Source: Mytilus trossulus (Eukaryota). From it: a DNA stretch of 64,000 nucleotides. Every line of letters starts with the position of its first letter. The first letter of the stretch is position 1. Below the pieces are notes generated by a model. The model worked only from the letters and a program-made list of their open reading frames with translations, was not told the DNA's origin and did not search any database. The stretch is from contig NC_086376.1 in NCBI RefSeq assembly GCF_036588685.1, forward strand, positions 64,356,001-64,420,000, read 5' to 3'. Positions 27,369 through 38,697 of this stretch are shown here, piece by piece. Made by a program: the position numbers and the translations under genes.

Positions 27369-29430
27369 ATGAAAATAGAAGACATAAATGATAAAACTAC
27401 GGTCGAGGACTTTTTAACTTTGAAGAAAAGTGATTTGGTACTATTCCTGCGATCAAGCAGTGCAAAGATATCTGGGAATAAAGACGAACTTACACGAAGA
27501 GCCTTTGAAACTAATCAAACAAACAATGTCGTGACTGCGTCACTGTCGACAGTTCTTGTTTCTTAAAACTCTTAAACTAATGACAATGTTGATATTCCCC
27601 CTTATAATGAACTATACTCTGGGTGGACTAGTGATCTATCTTTGCTGCCACTTGTTTCCCATCAGGATGTGGAATCCTTTCTCATTCACAGCAGTCACAG
27701 AACTGGAGACAATGAGCAAATGTTATGCTATCGCCAGTTCATCCGTGGATATAACTTTTTTAAAGAGAACTATGTTCATGACTTAATGATAAACAGTATT
27801 GATGATGATTGTGAAAGTTGTTACATCAGATCAAAGTGTTATACTTCCATGAAACAACAGGGACCATATCAACAATGGATTTTAATTTCAAAGAAAACAC
27901 CTGTTGTAGTTTTCAAAGCCAACTGTAGTTGTCCAGCTGGGTAAGTGTGTTTTTTTTATTTTACACTTTCATTATATCAAGTTGGGCCTTATAAGTGTTC
28001 AACACAAGACTTTCTTTTATTTAAAACCATCACTGTCTCCATGATTCAAATTTGCCTTCATTTAACATACATGACTATTTGCTAAGTTTGGTTTTATATG
28101 GCCATGTGGCTTTTGTAAACACGTTTTATGCCGGCAGACTAAGGCCGCAAGTGAAGACTATAATGTTGCTCACATTATCCTTATGGTCAGGCGAGCTAAA
28201 AAAATATAATATAAATAAGAAAATGTGGTATGAGTGTCAATGAGACAACTTTCCATTCAAAACACAATGTTGTTAAAGTTTAGCTTGCTGGTGGTTTAAA
28301 CCATTATTGTTCAACTTCAAACCAGTTTGTGATTTTACTGACTCTTAACTGCCCTTGTCATTTCTTCTTAAATGAACAATAACTCTGATTTCTATTTTCA
28401 GCCTAGGTGAAGGATGTACCCATATCGCAGGTCTTCTCTTCAAGCTTGAGGCATGTGCACAAGAAAAAGAAAATACTGCATGTACTTCAAAACCATGTAA
28501 TTGGAATAAGGGAGGTAAAAGGAAAAAAGATCCTCAAGAAGTCCTAAACATATCTTTCAAAAAGTTAAAATATGGTGGAAATGAACCATGTGCAAATGAA
28601 AAGAAAAATATATTTACTGTGAAAAATTCCATTACTGACCAAGGTCAGGATTTCTTATCACTATTAACAGCTAAATTTGGAAATTTGAATTATTCTCCAG
28701 CAATTTTTGATTTAGTTGCCCCAAGTTGTGAAGTTTATGATATTAATAGTGACATAAATGTAGATAATTTTGAAGAAGTTGAGACCTCTGAATATTTACA
28801 TTTTGAATCTGACAGCTACATAGACATTATGTCAATTGTTCAAAAAGAACCAGCAATAAATGAGACCATACTGCTCGACAAATTTATGAATATTCCCCAG
28901 ACAGTAATTGATGAGATAGAAAAAAGAACATTAGGTCAATCTGAAAATCAACTTTGGTTTGTTACCAGAAAATTTAGAATAACAAGTTCAAATTTTCACT
29001 CTATTGTTTCACGCAAAAAGGCAGATGTCGATAAATTAGTGCAATCTTTTTCTAAGTCGGCTAAGGTAATCAATGTAGCACCATTAATTTGGGGACGAAA
29101 GCATGAACCGATAGCAAGAAAAAAATATATTGCTCACAGAAGATTAAAATATGGTGAACAAAAATTTGTAAAAGAATGTGGTATATTCTTATGCGACAAA
29201 TTTGGATTTCTTGGTGCTTGGTGCTAGTCCTGATGGACTTGTTAAAAAGTGCACAAAGCTTGGTGAGGAAAAGTGTGTACTAGAGATAAAATGTCCATGG
29301 AAATGGAGAATGAAAACAATCAGAGAGGCATGTGCAAGATTTTTTCCTTGAAATTGATGAACAAAACAATATGCAATTGAAAAAATCCCACAAGTATTTT
29401 TCTCAAATACAAGGACAAATGGGAGTTGCC
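27369..29430 (+). pseudogene. SAP + SWIM zinc finger + YqaJ/lambda-exonuclease protein, disabled (DNA-transposon accessory gene type)
   Basis: Exon 27369-27940 has a SAP-like motif (LKKSDLVLFLRSSSAKISGNKDELTRR), two in-frame TAA at 27564 and 27573, and ends CSCPAG. A GT-AG intron spans 27941-28401. The next exon completes SWIM (LGEGCTHIAGLLF), then CTSKPCNW and the YqaJ motifs TLGQSENQLWFVTRKFRITSSNF, WGRKHE, GA(fs)SPDG, LEIKCP and HKYFSQIQGQM. There are two frameshifts and a 3' truncation. Confidence 0.85.
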
Positions 29431-29706
29431 ATTTTAATTCTATATAGGTATGTTACAAATCATTTCAGCACTGAAGCTCTGACTAGTGAGCTAAAAAGGT
29501 ATACCATTCTTTATGTTCGATTTGATTTTGTATTTTAGAATTTTTATTGTCATGTTGTACAACACAAGAACGACGAGAGCATTAATCGAAACTAAATATC
29601 CTATTTCACATTGGTATTATCAGTCGTGTCTTAATCACATATAAGAATGTGTAGAGAAAGATAATAAAGAAAGATAAAATAGAGTCCTCAATGAACTTAC
29701 GAGGAC

Positions 29707-32700
29707 ATGATGCGTTCAAAAGCACAACGTACTTTTAATCAACTCTTCAGGGTTTGTATTTACTTTTTAACATATCAATATTTTTTATTTACGAATTATC
29801 ACTTGTTACATTTGTAGCTATTTTGTTCGTTTAAAATATCAGAGCTCAAGTGTTAAACGAACAGTCATAAACAGTTTTGTATAGCAGTTTTCTAAAGACC
29901 TTTGAACTTTAGTCCCCACAAAAAAAAAACGGACGTAAATGCAAGTTGTCAATTCCTGATCAACTAAAGTGACTTCTACCGTGTTACTCCGGTTTAAATT
30001 AGTTGGTGAAACGTTTTCAGTGATTTTGCATGATACAATTGCAGACTTATTAATCAAGCAATTACTCAATTTATTATTTATCAGTAGTTGATGGATGTCT
30101 CTTAAATAACTGTATAACTATAATAATCTAAGTGTGATGTTAATTAAGCAAACATTGAAGGTTTAGAATATGAAAAAAGTATATCAGTGTTACTGTTTAG
30201 TATTATGATTCTGTTGTGTCGTAGTTCTCCTCTTATATTCAATTAGTTTCCCTCTGTTTCAGTTTGTAACCCGGATTTTTGTTTCTCAATCGATTTATGA
30301 ACAACGGTATACTACTGTTGCTTTTTTTGTAGGTGGTTGTATTGGCATGCATGTTATTCGTTGTGTTCGTGCAGACTGAAAACAATCAAGGCGAGACTGT
30401 AATTTTCAGATATATTCCCTATGCAGTAAGTAGTTAAACATTACTTCATTATTATTTATATATTATAAACTTAAAGATTTCCAAGTTCAAATTCGACAAA
30501 GAAAGAAGCTATAGTTCAAGGAGACAGCAAGTTAACGGCAAAATAAATGTAAAGACGATGTCCAAGTCCTTTATGAACCAAAACATCTTTTTAAGTGTGT
30601 TACTTTTTGAACGAAATACTCTCTGCAAAATAGGGGCGAAAGATGCCAGAGGAACACTTTTAAAAGTTCATAGATTGGAAAAAAAATGACAAGGCTATGA
30701 CTATAAAAAAGAAAGAAAAAACATACAAATAATAGTACACATGAAATGATCGTCTATTTCCTAGTGCAAGTTTTTTTTTAATATATCATGTATATACGCA
30801 ACCCGTTCGTTCGGAATGGAGAGGTTAGAAAAACACCGATTGGACGAGATAATTAACATTGTCTGCACCTTAAATTAACCTTAGTACTTATATTTGAAGG
30901 CTTCACAGGTCGACAGTTGCACTGTTTATTTCTTACCAGCTACAACATACCTCGTATATTAAAGTTACAGTCTAAATACAACCCCTTTAATTGGCGGATC
31001 CAAGGGTGGGGTGGGTGTCCGGGGGTTGGATCACTCCTTTTTTTTTTACGATCTATGCATTTGAATTGGAGCATATAGTTGGGCCCCTACACTTTACTCT
31101 GAGATGGGACCCCCAACCTTTTAAAACGGCTGGATCCGCCCCTTCCTTTTCCTTTTTAAGTATGCAGAATATATCAGATGGAAACATTGTTAATTTGTTA
31201 AAGACCTGCTTAACATAAAATATTAGCCATTGGATGTTCACCACGCAGCATACACTAATTGATGAATCTATGAGTGCCTCAGAGAAGATTAGTTTATTGT
31301 TACTAACTGAGTTTACCCTCTTTAAATAAAGAATTTATTATTATAATTATGAAAATTACTTTTTTATGGTACAGTCAACATTAATTTTGTAGTCACTCTA
31401 ATTAAGACAACGGAGTAAGTACTGTAAGGGCTATGGATGGCCCCGATTAATAAAATTGGATGGTACAAGATAAAAAAAAATTAAACTGTCTTTAAGACAT
31501 GTTAAAAAGTTTCATATTACTATTTGAGTCAAAGTTAAATTTAAAGCCTTGATTTCTAAATGCAAAATAGGTCGACATAAGAGATTTTAATGAAATTTGA
31601 CAAAATTGGCCGGATTTAAACCAAAATTAGGACTAGGAAACATAGAGTGCAGGAGTAGACACACTTTATATTCAAGTTAAACATGCCAAATGTCAGTGCA
31701 AACATTGTGTTCAAAGATCTTTTTTGTTGACGTATGCGCTCTATGTTCCCTGTCCAATAACCAATCAATGGAAAGATTTTTCGTGGAAAATAACAATGAG
31801 TACTGTTTGTGACGTCATCAGTAGAATGCAGGAACGTGAATTCTGAACAAAAAGGCTCACTTCCTATCCAGTCAATATGTTAGCTATGATTCATTGTGAT
31901 ATTGGTCAATAAATCATAATTTGAAATTTAAGAAAAATAAGAGGGCCCTTGTATGGCCGTATCGAACTTACAGTGTATTCATTTGTCTATCGTATCAGCC
32001 GTATACATTTTGGTTTTACGTCGTGTGGCGTGAATCTATTTTAGAATCATTTGTTCGCAGTTAGAAAGGGTAATCAGGGATGCTTCTTTTACAACACCAC
32101 TATACAAGAGAGAGCACAAATACATCACCCGGTAGACGTCTATGCTTTTGAGGTACGGCTAGAATTACTATTCTAATGTTTAGTAATGTTGTTTTTTTAA
32201 GTTTAAGGTATCATTAACATTTAAAATCAGTGATTCGACTATTTTCTCACACTGATTTTTATCTTTTATAATTCAATACTAGTATTGAAAGTGTTCTTTA
32301 AATGAAAAAAAAAGTGTATTCTTCAAATGAATGAAAAGAAAACAGCCACAAAATGTATTATTCTTACCAATATGACCTCCTTTTAACTGTACCATTGAAA
32401 ATATGTCATATGCTTTAGATAAGTTAAAAAAAAATAGATTGTACTCAAAACTATAAGATTTAAAGTAAGCGGTGAAATCGAACATATTATATGTATATAT
32501 TGTGCCCAGATAAGATAGATTAGAAACATTAAAACAAGACGCAAAATGTTCATGCATCCGAAACTCTTTTCTGGATTTGCTTTTATCAGGAACGTTCAAA
32601 GCCGAATATTTGAAAGCCGAGGATTTATAAGTTCACAAAAAAAGAGAATCTTTAAAAAAAGATTTAACAGTAGTAAATTTAATTTAAAACAAACAATACC

Positions 32701-32912
32701 TATCCATTGAGTTATCCTAGTGGGTTTTTTTTTTTGCTGATACTTTGCTTTTTTTTTTGCAGTTAAAAGTCTTGAAAATGGTACATAACTACACGTCATA
32801 CTTTAGAGCAGCGCCTAAGACTCTTTATCATACTGATCCGGATATCAAAGTATACATTAACTTTTGTAACAAGGGAACCTTTCCTGTATGGCTTTTTAAA
32901 GGTCACACCTAG
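29707..32912 (+). CDS. Small secreted protein B, divergent BRICHOS-like, 4 exons, ~131 aa
   Basis: Exons 29707-29751 (tentative, MMRSKAQRTFNQLFR), 30333-30425 (VVVLACMLFVVFVQTENNQGETVIFRYIPYA), 32045-32152 (NHLFAVRKGNQGCFFYNTTIQERAQIHHPVDVYAFE), 32763-32912 (LKVLKMVHNYTSYFRAAPKTLYHTDPDIKVYINFCNKGTFPVWLFKGHT*). All are phase 0 and GT-AG. TATAA at about 29640. Paralog of 17747-22886. Confidence 0.85.
30990..31143. mobile_element. Short hAT-like MITE
   Basis: GGCGGATCCA ... TGGATCCGCC inverted termini; no clean TSD. Confidence 0.55.
31428..31967. mobile_element. Possible ~540 bp Kolobok-type insertion in gene B intron 2
   Basis: Imperfect inverted ends (ACTGTAAG-GGCTATGGATGGCC / GGCCGTATCGAA-CTTACAGT) and a composition distinct from the flanks. 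Confidence 0.35.
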
Positions 32913-35900
32913 CAACGCCATGCTCGTAATTTTTGACGAATTCGAAATCTATGTTAAGTGTTTATAAATTAAACATTATAAACTATTAATTGTTTTGGTT
33001 TTTCTTTCATTTCCTGAACCTCGACTGCTGATCAACAGAAAAAACATTTAGACAACATATATAAAAAAAAAATCAGAATTTAAATTACAATTAATATATT
33101 CATTGTTTATCAAACATGACATATAATGGCTTTGGCTGTAAGGGTAAGCATCAGAAAATACAATACTGCTTGCAAATGATTCACTCAATTCAATACTATA
33201 TAAGATTCCTAGTATTTTTGAGGAACGAAACCTGGCCCAATCATACTGCGTCGATAACATGTAGCGGAGCTAATCAGTAGCCAGGACCCCAGGCTAATGT
33301 ACACCCGAGCTTAGAAAATTTGGGCCTTAGTAATGGCGTCTTGTCTATTTTGAGCAGCTGTTTGAACACATAAAACTTAGCAAAATTGGTGCCGTTTATT
33401 TTATTCTTATACCATGTGATTGCGGATTTCGCATTTTAATGGCGGTTTACGATAATTATCAATGACAATAAAAATGGAAAACATTTTGATAACGAAAAGG
33501 GTATGCGTACATTTTGTAAGAGTGGTACTCTCACCTTTAATTAGACATAAACCAAAAGTGTTGGCAATGTTAAAAAGGATGACATAATATGGATAATATC
33601 AAATTTATAGTTTGATATGAATAAATAAGACAGGAATTACTCACCATCCTTTGATAATGGACCAGGATGTCAACCAATGATGTCATTTACTCCTTTGTTT
33701 CTTGGGGTTTTTTTTGTTTTTTTTAGGGAGGTAGCTGTAGATGTACTGATTTTTGTCATAAATGGATAACCATATTCTTTCTGATTTTCTTTTGGCATAC
33801 TAGAAATATCTTAATCTTAGCATATGTTCTTAAAACGTGTAAAAAGTACACAGAAGTCATCTGATTTCGGGATTAAACATTATTATAAATTTCTTTTTAA
33901 ATACATTTTCCAGTGTATATTCTGTTCGTTTGTTTATATTTTTTTATTTCTCTTTTATTCTGTTAAATACTTTCACAATATATTTTTTATGTATCTTGAA
34001 AGTATTATTTTAAAGTAAAATATTCACAGAATACTAACTACTTAGTTAAAAAATACTTTTAAATTAATGTCACCTCGATATATCTGTACTTATGTAAAGT
34101 GTTTAGTACATATCAAGTTCAAGATGTAGATCAATATGTTTGACACTTTTGTACTTTTAACATAACATTAATAAATTGTCCTGTAATAAACAAGTGACGT
34201 GTAAATGGTTCGAATACACTTTTGAAGATATAGTTTGGTATCGTTTACCTCTGTTCTAACTCTTGAAATACAAACTTTTATGCTTTATTTCTACGGTTTA
34301 TATTGGGGAAAATAATTTCAAGTAGTGATAAATTGTAAAGAGCAAAAATGGCTGAAAATGGATAGGTATATGCTAATTTTTATTAAAAATTATCTTTTGG
34401 CAAACTAGGCGGTACTATAGAAAGCGGAATAACTCTTTGCCTTTATATTGGAGAAATGCTAATACTTAGTTCCTTCCCCTGATCATGTAATCTGATCTCA
34501 GAAGGCGTTTCAGTGCAGATATAAAAAAGTGGCAGGGAAAATTTGGAACTGAAATAGTACCCACCATCCCTCCCTTGATAAATCATTTCAATAATATATT
34601 ATTTTCAAAATAAATCATTTTAAAATTGAAATATTTTAACTTAATTCAATTTGAGTATTGTTATTCCACATAATTCGGTAAAGAACATACCTATTTTTAC
34701 TTGGATATACAAGATGTCAGTGTTATATTCGAATATAACTTCATCCTCGATGGGCGAATGTAACTCAATCTTTGATGGAATTGGTCAATAAGTTTTAGTC
34801 ATTATGAACATATATGTTGTTTATAAATATAATTTATTGATTTTATTACACATGTTGATCATTTTGTTGATTCTTCGTCATTTTAATATTAATTGACAGT
34901 TTTTAATTCATACATAATGTTTGTTTGTCATTTTTTCATCCCATCAAACAGAACAAGCCTGTGTTGACAAAAAGTTGGTTTATTCAGGGTTTTAGCATGT
35001 TTATGTGCCTTTATTGGTGTACTTTTAAAAATTGCCACTTAAACGGAGAGTTGTCTCATTGGCACTCATATCACATCTTCTTATATCAATTTGGTTATTT
35101 GCTTGATGAAACGATAAAAGCATAATTTATGACATTGTTTACTAACGTTTTATTTAATATTAAGGACAATACCGACGATTGTTAAAATCGAAAAAAGACT
35201 ATCTTTCACATTGAAATAAGCACTCGTCAAGCACTCTTGTGTATCACTTATTGGAATGTAAAGAAATAGATAATAGATTTAGATAAATTTAAGTCCGTAA
35301 TAACCTCACGGAACCATGATACGATCAAAAACACCAAGTACATTTAATCAACTCGTCAAGAATTGTTTCCTCTTCAGATCATGTCTGATTTTTTACATGA
35401 ATTATCACAACTCATGCCATTACAAAATTCATAAACGAGTTATATCTGGAAATCATTTTAACCTCTTATATGACCTTATATGAATTTTAAAATGAGTACA
35501 TGATGTTATATGAGCAAAAGATATTCATATTCGTTACCGTTATCAACAATACTTTTCTACATCATGAATAGATTACCTTAGCTGTATTAACAAAGCTTTG
35601 AGGAATTGTTGGTCCTCAGTACTGTTAAAGTTCGTACTTTATTTTGCCTTTTTAATTTTTTTTATTCGAGCTACACTTGTGAGTCTTTTGTAGACAACAC
35701 GCGCGTTTGGCGCAAATACAAAATTTTAATCATGGTATCTTGTCTTTGGTTGGGTTGTTATCTCTTTGACACATTCTCCATTTTCATGCTCAATTTTATC
35801 TATGATGAGTTTATTCAATGACATTGAAAGGTAGGTAGAATACTGCAATATTGTAACATTTAATAAAGATGAGTAAATAACGGCACAAGCGCCTTTCAAA

Positions 35901-36664
35901 ACGAATACTGATGTAGATTGAGACAAAACATTGAGGGTTTGGGAAATAAAAAAAAGTATCATTGATTTTTAAGTTGGCATTTCTCCTGGTGTTAGTCAAG
36001 ACTGAAAACACACAGCACGAGGATTTAGTTTTTAGATATTTTCCTTCAACATTTAGTATTTCTTATGTCAACATGCGTTTAAAGATTTAAAACACATAAA
36101 TTTAGAAAATCAGTAAAGAAATATTTTAGTGAAATTAGATAAACCTATTTTAGGTATAACCCTAATACTTTGTTGGTTTCAAGTAAATGTCTTCCAAATT
36201 ATTTATTTGTTGTTTTTCGTGTTGTTTTTCTTTTTTCTTTTTTTTTCAGTAATTGTCTGAAAGGGGAAGCCTATTCCATACAAATTTCTCAACGAGCAAT
36301 GATTTAAGCTTTTTTATAAGTTATGTACTACAGCGGGTCGTCCGTTTGTTTGTGTGGGATGTTTAAATACACAAACACGTCCGGTTGAAATGGGGATATT
36401 AGATACAAAGTTATGGTCAAGAAGTGTGCATTTACTATTACTGTGTCTGAACGTTCATGTAATCTAAAAATATTTCTTGGAATGTTTCGTAGATCGGCAG
36501 TTGTAAGGCACGAGACAGGATTAATAGCTCGCTAAAGCTTGCATTACACCAGTGTCTCAGCCTCGCACAAAACAACTGATGTTCAAAGACACTTAACAGT
36601 TATTGTCTGTATCATTGAGAGACTTTTGAATTCAAAATGTGAAAATTACTAAAAAGAAGTATAA

Positions 36665-37197
36665 ATAAACTCATCGTAGATACAAGGAATAAAATTTAAT
36701 ATTTACGCCAGATGCTCGTTTCGTCTACAAAAAAACTCATCAGTGACGCTCGAATCAAAATTTTTATAACGGCCAAATAAAATACGAAGTTGAAAGCATT
36801 GATGACCAAATATTCCTCAAAGTTTTGCCAAGTGCAGCTAAGGTAAAAAGTAAAATCACAAAAATACTGAACTCAGAGGAAAATCAATTTGGAAAGTCCA
36901 TAATCACATGGCAAAATCAAAAAACAAAAAAACAAAACGCATCAAAAACGAATTGACAAGAACTGTCATATTCCTGACTTGGTATTCCTGAGGTAGAGAA
37001 GCCTTAATTTTTTTCAAAATTCAAAGTTTTATTAACAGTTGATTTATAATTATAAACATATCAATGATAACTCAAGTCAACACAGAAGTACTGACTACTT
37101 GGCTGGTGATACCCTCGGGAAAATAAATCTCCACCAGCTGTGGCATCGACCCAGTGGTTACAAATGAACTCATCGTAGATACCGGGAATAAAATTTG
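36665..37197 (-). ncRNA. Retrozyme monomer, longer (~390 nt) family, with ~135 bp SINE-like insertion
   Basis: Begins and ends with AACTCATCGTAGATAC..GGAATAAAATTT (one full period). Hammerhead on the minus strand at about 36705-36750; insertion at about 36845-36985. Confidence 0.7.
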
Positions 37198-37212
37198 AGA
37201 TTTATAAATATA

Positions 37213-37660
37213 CACCAGGATTATGATATAGTACGCCAGACGCGCGTTTCGTCTACATAAAACTCATCAGTGACGCTCATATCAAAATATTTATAAAGCC
37301 AAACAAGTACAAAGATAAAGGGCATTGAAAATCCAAAATTCCCAAAAGTTGTGCCAAATACGGCTAAGGTAATCTGTGCCTGGGATAAGAAAGTCCTTAG
37401 TTTTTCGAACGATTGAAAGTTTTATAGACAGGAAATTTATAGAAATGACCACATTATTGATATTTATGTCAGCACAAAAGTGTTGACTACTGGGCTGGTG
37501 ATACCCTCGGGGACGAAACGTCCACCAGCAGTGGCATCGACCCAGTGGTGTAAATAGTTTTCAAAGATACCAGGATTATAATTTAGTACGCCAATCGCGC
37601 GTTTTTCTACATTAGACTCATCGGTGAAGCTCATATGAAAGTATTTATAAAGCCAAACAA
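37213..37660 (-). ncRNA. Retrozyme tandem repeat, ~354 nt period, one intact and one degenerate hammerhead
   Basis: Intact minus-strand core at about 37233-37277 (CTGATGA-GTTTTATGTAGAC-GAAA-CGCGCG-TC-TGGCG). A second, mutated core lies at about 37588-37632. Confidence 0.85.
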
Positions 37661-37759
37661 TCTATTGCAATAGATTTTCATTATACATAAATTCAATATT
37701 CACATAATATTTCGCATTCTACTACTATTGTTTAATATCCATTTAGTCATTACCATTTA

Positions 37760-38697
37760 TTAAGGTCTTTCCTTTTTCTATAAGGAAAGACCTTACTGTA
37801 TTTCTTCTGACTATTATTATTCTTTTTGTTCCGCCAAACTTTGACGAAGTTAGCAGCCTTAACCGTAAGACGTGTCGCTTTCATGTTCACACTTTATATT
37901 GGTGTCATGAATATCTATCTGGAACTCACCCTGTTAGTCAAAATATTTTGTCGGTTCGGAGTAATCCCTCCGAAACCAAAAAACCTTGTTATCGTTCCAA
38001 CACCGTAACCGTAATAGGTAGAAAAAAAACAAAGGGTGAAATTTGTTCAGGACCAGACACCGGTTCTTCGTTACATTTGGATCGAAAAGATTCAACGACT
38101 CATTGGTAGGGTTATGCCCCTATGAAAATTAACCGGTGTCGGTTGTCCACCAAAACTCAGAAACCGAAAGTCGTAGACACCTAGGATCTTCACCAATCAT
38201 CATCAATTCATGTATCTTTGCAAAATACCTCAAGGTCAAATTTGTATGTTGACCTTGACCTTTGACCTAACACCTTGTTATGGGATAATCTCAGAAACCA
38301 TTATACTTACAGAAGTTTTAAATAGTGGAAAATGTTTGGGTCAGTACGGCGCACATTTGTTACATTTTGACCGAAGAGATTTGACCTTTTTTTAAGGGGC
38401 ATAAAGCCTGTTTTAGGTTTCTGAAAAGACAAAATCAGCTTTTACTACATAACAAAAGGTCCTAGACCCATGGGGTCTTCAGCAATGACATTGGGGACTA
38501 ATGAACTTGACAAAGGTCAAAAGGTCAAAGGTCAAGGTCAAGTCAAATATAGCTAATTATGTGTTTTTGACCTTATTTAAAGGATTTTCAGAGTGTTTTA
38601 AAGCTTTTCAATACATTTTAAGTCTATTGGAACATGTATTTTACATTATAAAAGGAAAGACCTCTCAATTGTTCAAGAACAATTGACATTTTAATTA
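37760..38697 (+). mobile_element. Helentron/HINE-like non-autonomous element
   Basis: 5' inverted pair TAAGGTCTTTCC / GGAAAGACCTTA followed by a short (TTA)n. The 3' end has subterminal GGAAAGACC plus the palindrome CAATTGTTCAAGAACAATTG. Internal TGACCT motifs. Confidence 0.6.

Noticed and set aside
33130-33650. Possible minus-strand exons (GTGAG donors near 33530 and 33643, CAG acceptor near 33360)
   Set aside because: The middle segment lacks an AG acceptor, the frames contain stops, and no paralog or motif supports a gene.
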